Below are positions 14,137-28,369 of a DNA stretch of 64,000 nucleotides, piece after piece (positions within the stretch are counted from its first letter, which is position 1; each line of letters begins with the position of its first letter). The DNA lies in the NCBI GenBank assembly GCA_964016885.1, contig OZ024754.1, positions 29,016,001 to 29,080,000 on the forward strand, written 5' to 3'. Origin of the DNA: Eledone cirrhosa (taxonomy: Eukaryota). The notes beneath the pieces are model-generated. The model was not told the origin of the DNA, searched no databases, and was given only the letters and a program-made list of their open reading frames with translations. A program made the position numbers and the translations under genes.

Positions 14137-14774
14137 TTAACCATGCTTTACTGCAGCTTACAATCTCTTCAAGCAACAACCATCAAACACAAACATCACA
14201 TTGCCATACCAGTGCAGTCTTCTCTCTTGCACAACTTAGCTAATGGTACATATTTTTCCTAAGTCTCTTAAGAAGTCCTGAAAGTGTGAAGTGGGAAGAG
14301 CATCCTCCCAGTAATTAAGCTTTGCCCTCAAAAAGACTCCATGATAAGTATAAAATTTGTCATGGGTCCTACAAGGTTAACCTCAGCCTTACTAACATCT
14401 TTCTGTTGTGTTGTAATATATTCTGCAATCAAATGAATCTCATTTTTACGTATGACCTTTCCGGAATCTACTACCAAATGCAACATTTCTCTAGAGGCAT
14501 AAACATTCCATTTATGTTTGTATTTTAAACAGGAATGATTCTTTTGGAATTATCTTCTTTTAAAGCTTAAAAAAAGTATTATTTCACACAATATTTATAT
14601 TATTTGTAAGAGAAATTTGCAATTATTTTTATTTTTACTTCATAAATGTTACTTGTGCTTCAGTAACCTACAATAAAAGGTTAAAAGAAAATAATGGAAA
14701 GGTACTGTAGCCATGACAATCCAGTCAATATATATGTGTGTGTATGTATATATATGTGTATATATATATATATA

Positions 14775-15020
14775 TGAAATATAATAGAATAAATATGGTT
14801 TTATAAATATAGTTTCCATTTATTAATATCATTGATATATATATATATATATATCAATGATATTAATAAATGGAAACTATATTTATAAAACTATATTTAT
14901 TCTATTATATTTCAAGGGTACCAAAACTTTGGTACGCCCTCATCAGATAAAATACAAAGTTTGTTTTATAAATATTGACATATCCAGGAATGAGACCTTA
15001 ACGGTTCAAGTTTTACCTAG
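14775..15020 (-). mobile_element. PLE pseudo-LTR fragments forming a palindrome around a (TA)n run
   Basis: 14776-14835 is inverted at 14853-14913; shares aaatggaaactatatttataaaa with the 48.5 kb element. Confidence 0.65.
14900..14952 (-). ncRNA. Minimal type I hammerhead-like motif
   Basis: ttttat CTGATGA gggc gtaccaaa gt tttggtac cctt GAAA t ATA atagaa. Stem III has no loop, so it is plausible only as a dimer or a deleted copy. Confidence 0.55.
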
Positions 15021-16289
15021 ATATATATATATGTGTTTATATGTATATATATATATGTATGTATATGTATTATTTCAGACAGAATGTATATCTATACTGG
15101 GATGGTGCAGCCAAACACTAGCTAAATAATGATTTTGGCACAAGGCCAGCAATTTAGGGTGGAAGGGAAAGTGGATTATATTTTGCTGAGTGGTACTTTT
15201 TCAGAAGAATTATTGGTACTTTGTCAGAAGAATTGCAGGTACTTTGTCAGAAAGATGGCTGGTACTCTGTCAGAAAGATGACTGGTACTTTGTCAGAAGG
15301 ATGACTGGTACTTTGTCACAAGGCAAAGTTGATTTCAGCTGGATTTGAATGCAGAACTTAAAGAGCTCAAACAAATACCATCAGGCATTTTTTTCCCTTG
15401 AAACCTTAATGATTCTGCCAATCTTCGGTTTGGTATCAAAAGAGTTAATGATCCAGTTTCACATATCTGCTATAAAATAAATAGCTATCAACCCTTTGTA
15501 TGAGCAATTTTGGTATAGCAGTGTATATACAATCACAAATTTCCTTCTTTAAACAGTTTTTGGTGGTAATTTCTGTATAAATCATTTAAACAGTTTATAT
15601 TTACAAATGCATTACACATATAACCATTTCCCTTTCACCTCATAACTTTCTTTTTCTATATAACATATGATATATCATCTGTAAGATATACAACTTAATC
15701 TGGTTTTCTTACTTTTTGATAAAACAGAAGATATTTTCTCACTTTCTGGAAACATTTGCTGCTGTTTGATACACAATGTGTCTTATTTTGTAAGAACTGG
15801 TGACTGAAAGATGTTCATACTTTACACATTTAAAAGTTGAAATATGAGGGAAGTGAAAATGCATGACATAGCAGTTAGAGTATGCAGTTCATGATTATAA
15901 GATCGTGGGCTTGATCCCAAGCCAGGTGGTATGTTGTGTCCTTGAACAAGGCAACATTGAACAAATTGACATAGAGTTTCTCAAATGTCACAATGTGCGA
16001 CTGGGGCACATAACCACATACTATAGAACACCTGTTGAGATTTCTTCTAATGCAGCAACCAAGCACTTCTACAGAGTTACAATGTAGAGATGACATGGAA
16101 CTATTCCAGTCTGCTTAAATGTATGTGGAGTGGACTCAAGAAGCAGAATTAGAGAACAGACTATGACAGTATTCATCATTTTACACTTATTTAGCCACAC
16201 AAAGAAAGATTGGAAGAGTTCAGTATCATGTGTAACCTTTTTAGTATCATATTTCTGACAAAAGACATAACTTGGGATTATCAAATAAT

Positions 16290-16870
16290 TTTGAAAATCA
16301 CAATTTAGGGACACCTTTGGTGGAGTCAGACTCCCACATTGAATGGTTTTGATTTAGTGCCATTTATCTGAACACAAATACTCAGTCATCAGAAAAAGGG
16401 AGGTAAGCATAAAAGCCACACTCGCTATCTTCAATTCAGTTTTTGTGCCAACCTTTATCTATGGTCTTGAATCTTGGGTCATGAGCTAAAAGAATGCAAT
16501 TGCGAATACAAGCAGCTGAAATGGGGTTACTCCAAAGGGTCTTTGGAGTAACGTTACTCAATAAAGTGCGTACCTTGGAGCCACTACTTCTCCGAATTGA
16601 GAGATCACAGCTCTGATACTATGGGCATGTGCTTACAATGTCTCAAGAAAGAATCAATGGACAGATTTTATGGACAAAACCAACCAGTAAGAGACCCAGG
16701 GGTAGACCTTGAGCAAGATAGCTGAATAACATCCATGACCTTGGCTGGTTTTGCTTGGGGATCCAGCCGGATCATTTGGAGACGGTTGCTTCTGACAGGA
16801 CCTACTTGAAGGAGTGTTTGAGGATTCTGCTCCCATGACCCTCTCAGGAATAAATGGGCAAAGAAGATAT
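16290..16870 (+). mobile_element. Degenerate RTE LINE 3' fragment
   Basis: LAIFNSVFVPTFIYGLESW, IQAAEMGLLQRV, YYGHVLTM and RPRGRP, spread over broken frames. Confidence 0.75.
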
Positions 16871-19614
16871 TTTAGGGATTAAGTAATATAACAAATTTTC
16901 ACATTATTAAGATGTTTGGAACATGATATCACCTTGGTCCTAAGTAACTATCTGTGATGGACCAGTGGCTTTACCATTTTTCATCTCCTTCATTGCTTTT
17001 TGGACCCTATAATAGTCAATTTCGATAACTGGTCTCTCTGTTGGGTCAGCTTGGAGCAGTCTTTCTTTCTTAAACTCACTGGTGCAAATAATGCATGTTG
17101 TCCTCACAGTAAAGTAGTTGGTGATAGGAAGGGCATCCTTCCCAAAACCATAACTAATACAACCATGTTTATCACAACCTTGTTTATCCTAAATTAGAGT
17201 AATAACAAATTGAGCTACCATGACAGATAAAGTTCCACTAAAGCAGATTCTAATATCAGTTTTCTGTAACTTTGCAGTATAATACATTTAAAAGACTATC
17301 AATGGAGAAAAATTATTGTAACACTTTTGATAGCAAACTACTCGAGAACACCTCTGGTTCTATGTTACTATTTCAGTCCTACTGTTTTCGACAATTACTA
17401 TGCAACATTTTTCATTAATATCAAAAAGCCATAGTGCTAAAAGAGTTAGCCATTGAAAGTGATGTGGTGCAGATAATATGGAAATGATTTTATGAGCTGT
17501 ATGTACATCTATGAAGAATCAGCCACAGAGAATTCACACAGTAATTCCAATGTTTAGAAATCTATATTCCAGGCAGGTATTTCAAAGTCGGATTATTATG
17601 CCTGATTGCATGTGATGTGGATACATTTGACATGCCATCTTTAGTTTTATTTTTCCCTCTGACATGTAATCTCAATATCTGAATAGAAACTACTAGTGGT
17701 ATCTATGAATGAGAATTTATACTGCAATAGTTATTACAACTGGTAATGAACAATTGAAACAGGCCTGCTAGAAATAGTAGCCAAGTTGCCCTTAAATCAC
17801 ATTACCATCTTCAAAAGGACAAATGATTTAAGACCATTTTTTCTGCTAAAGCCTTGCAAGCCCCCATGACAAACTTTCCATCTTACTCTATCATCTACAT
17901 CTCCCCACCTTTTTTAACCATGTCTTCCCCTTCCTCTACTTCCTTCCACATTCTTTCCATCACTCCTCTCAACATTCATTACTGGTTCTATTTTCTCTAA
18001 CCCAGCAGGTACTACCATCATTCCTCAGCACATGACCCAGTCATATTACTGTATTCTTTATTAAACTAAAAAGATAACCATTTCACACCCTTCAATTTTT
18101 TTAGTATTTTCAAAATTATTTGAAAACATGAACAGTGGCTCTCAATTAAAAATATGGTAACAAAAGGGTGAATTCATATATTCTAATATCATTTTATATT
18201 TAGTTCTGTGTTTATTTTGCCAGAATAACTTTGACAATGTACAGATCCTAGTGGAATGACTTCAACAAAAGATATTACATTATTTACTTGGCCAGCCATT
18301 TATTGTGACTAACTAACAATAAAATGACCGACATCTTACTACAAGCATATTATTTTAGTTGATTGACATTTTGAATATAAAGATCTTATCTATAGAAAGA
18401 AAGCAAAGCTTGTTAGCTGTCACTTCAACCAATGGGAGTTCACCAGTAATAGTTGTAGCTCTGATTGGTTGTTGTTTCCATTAGGTAAATAACTGATTTG
18501 TAAAGTAAACTCATTTCAAACAACAAATCAGTTGAGATTTTCTCATACATGTATGTGACTATTTATCAGCCTGTCATTAACAAATGTAAACTAATGTTTT
18601 CTTTAAATCAGTTTTTTCACTATAATCTGTAATTTGGTGTTTCTACTGTAAATTATCATCATCATCATCATCATCATCATATGTCCAATTTACATGCTAA
18701 CATTCATTAGACAAATCGTCACACAAAACATAGTCAAATGACCACATCTTGCTCATTCATTCAATATATTTAAATTAAAACCTATCATAATTCTGTGTAA
18801 GAACCTTTTCTTAACTTTTAACATTAATTAATACAAGAAACTGCATTAGCAAGACATTTTTGAAGAAAAGCACAAAACATCACTCTTAAATATTTGACAA
18901 AAACCTGTCCTCTAGTAAAGATATTATTATGAATTAAGAAACCTATTGTAAATATGTTCTGCTAAATCTTTACAGGCTGTTAAGAGTTAATACTGAAAAT
19001 GTTCACAATGATTTGTCCTCTACTAGAGATACTATAAATATTTGAATTAACAAACCTATTTTAAATATTTTCTGCTAAATCAGTATAGGCTGTTAAGAGC
19101 TAAGATATTTTACAAACAACAGCTTAATAATGGAAAAGTTAGTTATATTATGCTAAGCACTTCCAATTTCTAAAGAAGTCAACATATTTTAAACCTCTTT
19201 CTCGTACATATGAGTCTATTTATATATCATTAACTAGTGCTAATTTTAACCCAGTTTATCCTAGATATCTATGATTTTATGGCTTCTCTTATGTATACAA
19301 AAATAAATGCTTTAAAGTGCTTATATTTAAAAGTTTTATGTAAGAATCTTTCATTAAGTTATATTCCAAACACCAGATTGATAATGGAGAAAATAGTTAT
19401 TTGACTAAATACCTTCAAATTCTTGTTTGTTAAAAAGAATTAATTGAAATTTAAAGATAGTATCTTTTATTAGAAATATAGTAAGGAAAGAATGAAAGTG
19501 TTTCTCTTTATCTGCAAGCCTTCCATCATAATTCTATGTAAGAATCTTTGTTAAATTTTCTGGGGTTTTTTCTTTTACCGGGGAATTATTTGAAATTTTA
19601 TCAAAATAATATTA

Positions 19615-20320
19615 CTTCATTCTCTTGGATGTCCATCGTAAACGATGATGACATCTTCTTTATTGTTGTTCGCGTCTGCCATGCACACGACGGTGGCTGT
19701 GAAGGCCGATCCTTGACTTGCAGGTCCGGGGACAGTGGGGGCAGAGGAAGAGACTGGAGTCAGACTGGCAACTCCCAGAGGTTAACTCCACCTGTTACCT
19801 CTGCCTCTTGCCTATCGCCGCAGGGCTTTGGGAGTACACGCTAAAGAAGAAACCTGTGCGGGAAAGGTTTATAGTTGGAGGGCCAGTGCACAGTGACAGT
19901 CCCACTCACTCGGCCGCAGAAGCCAGAATCCGGTGGTATGGAGGACTGTCACGACCAGGGACTTCCTTGGCTGCAGTGGATGGCCACAACGTCTGTAGTG
20001 CCTTGCCATGCCCTAGCGCTCCACACCGCTTGCTGTCACCGCCTTCGTGACTGTTGGGACGATGTTGTCCTGCTCCACTCACTCTGCCAGGTCCAGTCTT
20101 CACATGCAGGCATCCCCTATCTAACTCACCGGGGGGTTTCAGACCCGTCCGGCTACCCTCAACCTGGTTCAGCCCGCCAGCCAAGACAGTTTACCGGGGT
20201 GTGGCCGCTGTCGCATGCTACAGCTTCTTGGAGCCACAGGTGAGAGCTGAGTGTCAGGTGGGACCCAATGCAGGACGAGCTGTCCTGAAAAGGGCATGGC
20301 TAGCCCCCCCCCCCCTACAG
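19615..20320 (-). mobile_element. GC-rich LINE 3' end with terminal C2H2 finger (RTE-like)
   Basis: Minus strand reads CPHCPRTCKSRIGLHSHRRVH...stop, then a short UTR. Sharp GC island against the flanks. Confidence 0.65.
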
Positions 20321-20798
20321 AGGTATATGTACATGTGTATATACATATTTACACATTTTTGGATAGCCGTTGACTCTTATGAGTTCTTCTGCCCTTGTCT
20401 TCCTACTTCATTCACAGTTGTATAAATAACATTACAAATTGCTCACAATTCTTTCAGAATGAAAATATAAACACATATAATAAATACAATTAACTATTGC
20501 TCGGTGTCCCAAATACCAGTTTAATGGAGAAGTTAGTTAATTTGCTAAGCCCAAATTCTTGATTATTTTTAAAATCATTGGAAACAAACGGACTTTCTCT
20601 TTTTTCTGAATCTTATTTTTTTATTATTGATTTGTCCCTTTTGCAAATCATAGCCATGTCCTCATTTTGTCTATTGATTTCTTTCTTTAGTAAATCACAT
20701 TCATAATGAAATAAAAATTAACACAAGAATTTTGTAAAGGATTCTTGTAGTTATTGGTATTTTTGCAACTCCACACTCTCCTATTCTCAGTTCCAATG

Positions 20799-20838
<40 letters not shown>

Positions 20839-21815
20839 TCATTCATTATTTGCATCTTCTAATATCTTCCTTGTGTTAAATTCCTAGCAACTATTGTAAG
20901 AATCGTTTCCATCTCTGTCTCTTGAGAAAATCTTTCATTTTCATTATCTCATACTTTCATTCTGTTTAACACTTTTGAAACCAATGGTGCCCAAATCAGC
21001 TGCAGTTCAATGAAAATAAACTACCCATTTTAAAGGGTTCCATCTTTATAATGACATAATTAATCATTTTGGTAAATACCTCCTATTTTGATAACAACCT
21101 AATCAAAATCAGCTCTGGTTCTACAAAATGAAACCAGCCATTTTAAACTTTTCCTATTTAAATTAAAATCTTCAAACATTTTTATATATGAACCATCATA
21201 ATCATCATTTATCATCTATTCTCCCAGCTTGCAAGGATTGAACAGATGTTAAGTTACTATCTTAGTAATGAAATAATTAATAATTTTAGCTAATCCATCA
21301 AAATTCTCCATACAATCTCTTAATATCTTGTCAAGAATTATAAGTAAATATCTAAAAATGTGTTTGTTGAATCAAAAATGTAGAACATTTTTATTAGTGG
21401 ACTAAACATTGTGAAAATTTGTTGTAAACTAAAGTCTTTAATTTTGAATGTGATACATTTATACTGCTGTTTATTACTTTTCAAGAATAACTTGTTAATG
21501 TGACTGCATGTCGTTTGTTAATTCAAATGTATATAGTATCTTTATTGGTGGACAGATCATTCTGAAAATTTACTGTAAACTGAAGTGACGATTTCAAATT
21601 TTAATGTGATTCAGTTATACTGCTCTTTTTAGTATCTTCACTAGAGAAAAGATCATAGTGAACATTTCCCGTATTAAAATAATGTCTTTGCTGGTTTGTA
21701 ACCTTCAAGAATATCTTGTTAATATGGTTTGTTAATTCAGATGCTTATTGGTGGACAGATCATTGCAAATATTTGAAGTAAACTAAAGACTTTAATTTTC
21801 AATATGCAGAGATCA

Positions 21816-22005
21816 TAATTGTTTCTACTTTGGGCACAAGGCCAGCAATTACCTCAGTGTATTACTGGTACTTTATTTTATTGACCCCGTAAAGATGAAA
21901 GGCAAAGCTAACCTTGGCAGTATTTGAAATCAGGACGTAAAGGGCCATAACTCTATGCATCAAAGCATGGTGTCTGACGCTCTACCAATACTGCCAATCT
22001 GCCGC
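21816..22005 (-). mobile_element. Meta-like SINE copy
   Basis: Reverse complement of the 6880-7090 family. Further partial copies at about 125-228(-), 1780-1900(-), 15130-15430(-), 26866-26995(+) and 37893-37965(+). Confidence 0.82.
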
Positions 22006-22931
22006 AGAGATCATAATGCTGTTTTGTTCTCTCCAAGAATTTTTTGTCCTATGATATGATTTCATGCCATTCCTATTAAGAGTTTAAAATGCACTATGAC
22101 CATACTATAGTTTATAGAAACAATTCTTAACCTCTATTACAATGTCTCTTTCTCTCTCTCAGACTCTTGAGCAAGGTTTTCATTTACATCTCTTCCTCAT
22201 ATTTTTATTCTGTTTAATTATGCAGTCTTCATACAATGCTATAAAGGAACAATTCTCTGATGTTCATGTCACATTCTCTGGCATTGTCTCTCATCTCTCT
22301 TTCTTTTCCTCCTCTCTCTCAATATACAAATAGAAATGTCATATTTTCTTGTATTGAGAATTTTTAATAATTGCTTCTGACTAATATTGATATTACTATG
22401 GTTTGTTTTGTTGTGTTTTTCCCCCTATATCTTTACTAATCTGTAGTAGAGATTTCACCCTCTTTTACAGAAACACCAGCATCGCAACAACAGCAACTGT
22501 ATTTCGCTAACACAACTACTACAACAGCCATCACCATCATTACTGCCACTACAACCTCTACAACTATTACTATCACCACCAATGCCACCATCCCACCACT
22601 GCCACTTCACCAATCAACATCATCACAACAACCATCACTACCACCACTACAGTCACCACCACCACACCCTCCACCACCACCACCATGTTACACAGTCAAT
22701 CCTTCCTTTTATGCATGTTACTGTTTATATAGTGTTTTTGTTAGTGTCTTTACTGCACTCTTCCCAGTAGTTATTACAACTGTATTATTCTGTTTCGCTA
22801 TATTTACATGACATATTTGACTACTATAATCAACCTCCTTCATTATTATTGGTTGTGGTCTTGATGGAATATTTGAATATACAATTACCTTTCAATCTTT
22901 CTTCATTTATCATCTATTGGGTTGATATAAA

Positions 22932-22962
<31 letters not shown>

Positions 22963-23154
22963 TGTATATATAGTTGGATAGATAGATAGATAGATAGTTA
23001 GATGTGTGTATGTTTGTGCATGCATGTGTATATAAGTGTTTAATATATGTGAATATATATATGTATGTGTACAAATAAAATACAGAGTTACTAACTCATA
23101 TTGAAACCCTGTAATTAAAAAGCTCAAAGTATAAATACTGAGTGTTATATAATA

Positions 23155-23307
23155 ATATATGTAGAAATAAACACAGTAAATTGTGTGTCTAAAATTACGA
23201 GGGTTGTAGTACCACATTGGTTTGATAAATTTAACCTCTTCCGTTTGCTTCAGGTTAAATTTATCAAACGAATAAACACAATTTACTGTGTTTATTTCTA
23301 CATATAT
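23155..23307. repeat. Nested inverted repeat, possible PLE pseudo-LTR remnant
   Basis: Outer arms 23155-23186 and 23276-23307; inner arms 23220-23237 and 23252-23269. Confidence 0.7.
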
Positions 23308-23414
23308 GTATGTGTATATATACACACTTATATATATGTATGTATATATATATCCTTGCAAGCAAGGAAAAGTAGGCGTAAAATGATGATGATGATGATG
23401 ATGATATATATATA

Positions 23415-24450
23415 TGTATGTTATCTTATGTCCCAAATGCAAACTATGGGTACATAAGGGATGTAATGGGATCTCAAGCAGACTAGCTAAGAAGGCAGTA
23501 AGTAGCAAAAGCTCACAGGATACTAGCTCTTTCAAATGCCCAGTGGGCTCTGTAGTAGTAGATTCTGTTACCTGGGTGACCAAATTAACAGTGGAGGAAG
23601 GTGTTCTAAAAGTACAGTAGCCAAAGTGAGAACAAGATGGAGAAAGTTCAGAAACCACTGCTAACTACAAAAGGCGTTTCCCTCAAAATGGAAAGCAGAT
23701 TGTATGATGCATGTATATGAAGAGCAATGTTGCATGGTAGTGAGATCTGGGAACTGTGTGCATCGGACCTGTGAAGATTGGAAAGAAAATAAAGCTTGCA
23801 TGCTTCGATGGATGTGTAAAAGTAATATACATGAATGGCAAAGCATAAATGAACTGAGAGGGAAAATGGGCATAAGAAAGATTAGATGCAGTGTGCAGGA
23901 GAGAAGATTGCCTTGGTATGGACATGTGATGCGTGTGAAGGATGACAGCTGTATAAAAAGGTGCAGAGTGCTCAAAGTTGATGGAAATTAAGGAGGAGGA
24001 AGACTTAGGATAAGGTGATAAAGTCTGATATTGCACTTATCAAAGGTAATGAGACAGGACCAAGATCTCTGGCATTATTCAGTCTTGCCATTCTGAGTTC
24101 AAATCCCGCCGAGGTTAACTTTGCCTTTCATCCTTACGGGGTCGATAAAATAAAGTACCAGTAATGCACTGGTTAATTGCTGGCCTTGTGCCTAACGTAG
24201 AAACAATTATTCAGTAATACAGAAAACCCACCTTCCAATGTCCACATGTTGAAGCATACATTTAGTATGCACCACCTTCCCCTCCATCCCACTTCCACAC
24301 ATGTCCTAACAACCCACCCCCTCACATCCCTAGATTTACCTCCGCCACCCAAGTCCCCACTCCATATTGTAAAGTGGTCATTTTATTGCTACAACAAAAA
24401 GCACCCAAGCCACACTGTAAAGTGGTTATATAGGTGTCATGACAAAAAGC
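23415..24450 (+). mobile_element. Older degenerate 3' fragment of the PHD-RTE family
   Basis: ILCPKCKLWVHKGCNGIS, ACMLRWMC, RRLPWYGHVMRVKDDSCIKRCRVLKVDGN, with frameshifts; similar 3' UTR. Confidence 0.88.
24084..24205 (+). mobile_element. 5'-truncated Meta-like SINE nested in the RTE fragment
   Basis: Flanked by the 10-bp direct repeat attattcagt (24074-24083 and 24206-24215). Confidence 0.85.
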
Positions 24451-24828
24451 ACATCATCATCATCATCATTATCCGTCCGTTGTTCCTTGCTTGCAAGGGT
24501 GGGACGGGTCCTTTTCAGCACAGCATCTCTCCATTTGTCACAGTCCTTTGTCATCTCCTCTGTGAGCTTCAGCGATCTGTGGTCAGCTCTCACCACCTCC
24601 ACCCATGATTTTCGTGGTCTTCCTCTACTGCATCTTCCTTCCACTGGGATTTCCTAAGCACTTCTTTCCCGAGCGGTCATCCTCCATGTGAATCACATGT
24701 CCATACCAATGCAGTCTTCTCTCCTGCACATTACAGTTTATTCCTCTTATACACACTTTCTCTCTCAACTCGTCTATGCTTGGTCATTCATGCACATTGA
24801 CATTGCACATCCACTGGAGCATGCTTGC

Positions 24829-24832
<4 letters not shown>
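24451..24832 (-). mobile_element. RTE LINE 3' end fragment with (GAT)n tail
   Basis: EGRCSRGRPRKSW...DKWRDAVLKRTRPTLASKE followed by a GAT tail; 5' truncated at a (TA)n run. Confidence 0.85.
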
Positions 24833-24914
<82 letters not shown>

Positions 24915-25141
24915 GAGTCAGGAGTTTATGAATATATATGTATGTATGTAAATAAATATATATATACATAAATGTATGTATAAATAAATATGCATATATA
25001 TGCTTATATATACTCATATACATATATATATATATCATCTAACCCATGCTAGCATGGAAAATGAACATTAAACGCTGATAATGATGTACATTTAGATATA
25101 AGTATATATATTTATATGTACGTATATGGATATATATATAC

Positions 25142-25172
<31 letters not shown>

Positions 25173-25209
25173 AACACACACATATGTGTGTGTATATATA
25201 TATATATAT

Positions 25210-26830
25210 AGACACTCAACAATAACAAAGATGATGGAAAAAATTAGAAAGGAAAACTATAGATGTGGTAGACGTCTACTTAAAACAAAACTAAATGAAA
25301 AGAATATGGTAATTGGCATGAATAGACTTGTGATCCCTGTAATCAGATACAATTTTTATATTCTTAAATGGACACTAAAAGAACTAATAGGATGAGATAG
25401 AAAAATCATAAAAATAATGACTGCATTTAGAATACACCACTCAAAATCAGATGTCAAAAGATTATACCTACCACGAACACAGGAGGAAGTGGCTTTATGC
25501 AACTAAAAAACTATTATAAAATAACCACAGCACGTCTACAAAAATATCTAATGCAGAATAATTGAAAGTTAATGCTAAATAGCCATGAAACATGAACAAA
25601 ACAAAAAAATTTTTTTTTTATCTTCAAGGAAGCCAACAAATTCCAAACTGAATGTGAATTGACAGGTAATTATGAGGAAACTGAAAATACAGAAGAAACA
25701 ATAACAGAAACTGCGACGAAGATAAAATCCTAATTTGAAACAAATCTCCAGAATGCTATGTAAAGGCTTTCATACTATGACATGAAAGTCTTTACATTGC
25801 CAGTACTCAAAAATAAATATGGAATAAGTAGACAAGAAAATTTCACAAAACTGGCAGTGGGAGTTGGGCTCCTCTGTGTTCGGACCTCGTGTACATGTGT
25901 GTGTATTTTAAACTATCAACCAATAGCTACAACTTAACCAGCCACTCCATCCAGAAAACAATTATCTCTAGATAATCTGATCTGGCTGGATCCCCAAATT
26001 GTTGGCCATGTGCTTAAATCAGAAACTGTCAATATTGCAGTGTTGCGGGCAGTGGATTAGCAATATTATTAGAGTGTCGAACAATATGCTTTGTAGCATT
26101 CAACTAAAAGCCAATCCTGAAGGATTTCTAATTGCAGAAGATCAGCTTTCTTTCCAGAAACCTCCAAAAATATGCAGGGTAGGCTGTAAGCCGTGCACTA
26201 AAGCTAAAGCTTTAAAAACAATTTTTTATACATGTACATTGTATTGTATTGATAACAAAAATATGTATTGAAAAAACAAAGGTATTATTTACATAATCCT
26301 GTCATCTTTGATATAAGGTACTGACTGAGTTCAATGGCTGACATCTTACACGATACCTCACCCTTGATCATTCATCTACCTCCATTTTATCAAGGGAGAG
26401 AGAGGCGATACACAACACAACCAGGCGATTGTAACTAAATAAACTGTAAGCAATAGTTCAGTTCTTTGTTAATACAGTCAATACATTTAATGCTTTGGTA
26501 TGAGACTTAAGGTCCACTCTGTATAATGACGCAGAACACAATATGTAACTGCAGAATATGTTGGGGGGGGGGGGGGGCAGAAACAATTTACCACATTGTC
26601 TCTAGTTGCCCAGTCTCAGCCAAAAAAGAATATATCCACAGACATGGTAGAGTTGGGATTTACATACATTGGAAGTTATGCCAACACAACAAAATACTAA
26701 CAGTTAAAAATACGTGAAAGAGTGTCAGAGAATGACAAAGCAACCATACTTTGGGATATGCCAATACATACAGCTAGGGAGATCAAAACTAACTATCCAA
26801 ATATTGTAGTCAAAGGCCTAAAAAAAATAA
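25210..26830 (+). mobile_element. Highly decayed R4/Dong-like LINE fragment with nested insertions
   Basis: IPVIRYNF..LKW, HSKSDVKRLYLPR, CRIC..ETIYHIVSSCP...YIHRH and ILWDMPIHT, interrupted at about 25855-26100 and 26170-26525. Confidence 0.75.
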
Positions 26831-28369
26831 AGATTTATGTATCTATCTGTAAAGATGACAATATCAAGGTTAGCTTTCCCTTTCATCCTTTCAGGGTCAA
26901 TAAAATAAAGTACCAGTAATCCACTGGGATAGATTTAATCGACTTTCCCTTCCCCCAAAATTTCCGGCCTTATGCCTGAATTACAAACGATTATTTTTAT
27001 CATGACCATCATTATGAGTGTGGGTGAGGATGACTATATTCAGGAAGTGAAGGAGAGGGGTTGGGTGAGTACTTACCTGTGTAAGACTGTGTGATTAGAG
27101 GTGATGAAAACATAGGTAATAAGTATGTTCTGAGAGATTGAATTAAACCTATGTTTTCTTCTAGGAAGCCAACATTTAATGTTAAAAATAATTATCATCA
27201 TGTGGAGCCAAATACTTTCTCATATCTTTTAAAATAATCTTGGCTATATGAAGCACTGAATATTTGAAAACGGCTTTTGTTGAAAATGTTAACATTTAAG
27301 TTGTCCTAACATACGTATGTGTGTGTACGCACACTAAACATTTGTTTATTTTAAATATTTTTTAATCCTTTTGTTAGAATATTTCTAATGAAAGACATTG
27401 TTTATGATGTTTGAAATGTTTTGAAAATATCAAGAATTTGGAAGTATTTAGTAATATAACTTTCTTGTTGTTTTCTGTTTATTTGGGATATTTTTACATA
27501 TACTTAACAAAGGTTCTTACATAAGATCCTGATGCAAGTACTTTACATAAGTAAATACACTTTAAAACAATTTTCTAATGTAGAACCAAGTGCAGTTACA
27601 CAGTTACAGGTGGGTTAGTATCATAGTGGTTACAGTGGTATTTGGAACAACTTAAAAAAGGTTCTTTCAGAAAATGATACGTTTTGTAGATAAATATATA
27701 CACTTAAAAAAAAAAAAAAAGTTTTCTAACATAGAAGCAGTGGGGTTTTCTGGGGGCTTGGTATTAAAAGGGTGAAATTCTTCTATGCATTTACTAACTA
27801 TACTTATCTACCTTTTATCCAGAATCATGCTGCTGATCCCTTTCTGACCCCTAAAATTGTTCCATATTACCATTTATGCTATTTTCAGGTAGAATGCCAG
27901 TTTCAGTGTTTGTCTTTCTCTCTTTTAGTATTTTATTTGGTCGATTTTTATTTGTTTCATGATAATTTTGTTGCAGTTGAGCAATGTACAATAATTGCAC
28001 ATCTATTAATTCCAATTTTGATATTTCTGTCAGAAATGATTTAAGAAACACTCTCAATGGCAACACAATTTATTCTCACAAATAAGTATTAGTGTATGTG
28101 TTAATGTATATGTCAGTGGACAAATACATACATGTATTATACACATGCCTACATGCATGCATTCATGTAGACATTCTTGCTTTTATTTTATTTTATTTTA
28201 TTTTATTTCATCTTATAGCTTTGTACCAAGTCTTTTCTTGAAAATGTTTGCTATTTCCTTCATCTTTCTTAAACAAATATATCTCTGCTAAAACAAATTT
28301 TATTTTATTTATTTATTCTAATTATAGACTTGCTATCTCTTCACATGATTTCTGAACTATTGTTATTAA

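Noticed and set aside
19548-20425. Overlapping GC-rich ORFs suggesting a host exon or CpG island
   Set aside because: No MON2 similarity; the minus strand ends in a LINE-type C2H2 finger and UTR, so it is treated as a retrotransposon fragment.
22430-22500. Branch-point-like tactaat plus acceptor-like tcttttacag, a possible MON2 micro-exon
   Set aside because: The following segment is 28 nt to a weak GT, has no MON2 similarity and runs into low-complexity repeat; RNA-seq would be needed.
23183-23245. Minus-strand CGGAAGA...GTAA in an inverted repeat
   Set aside because: Both core segments are mutated; at best a dead hammerhead remnant.
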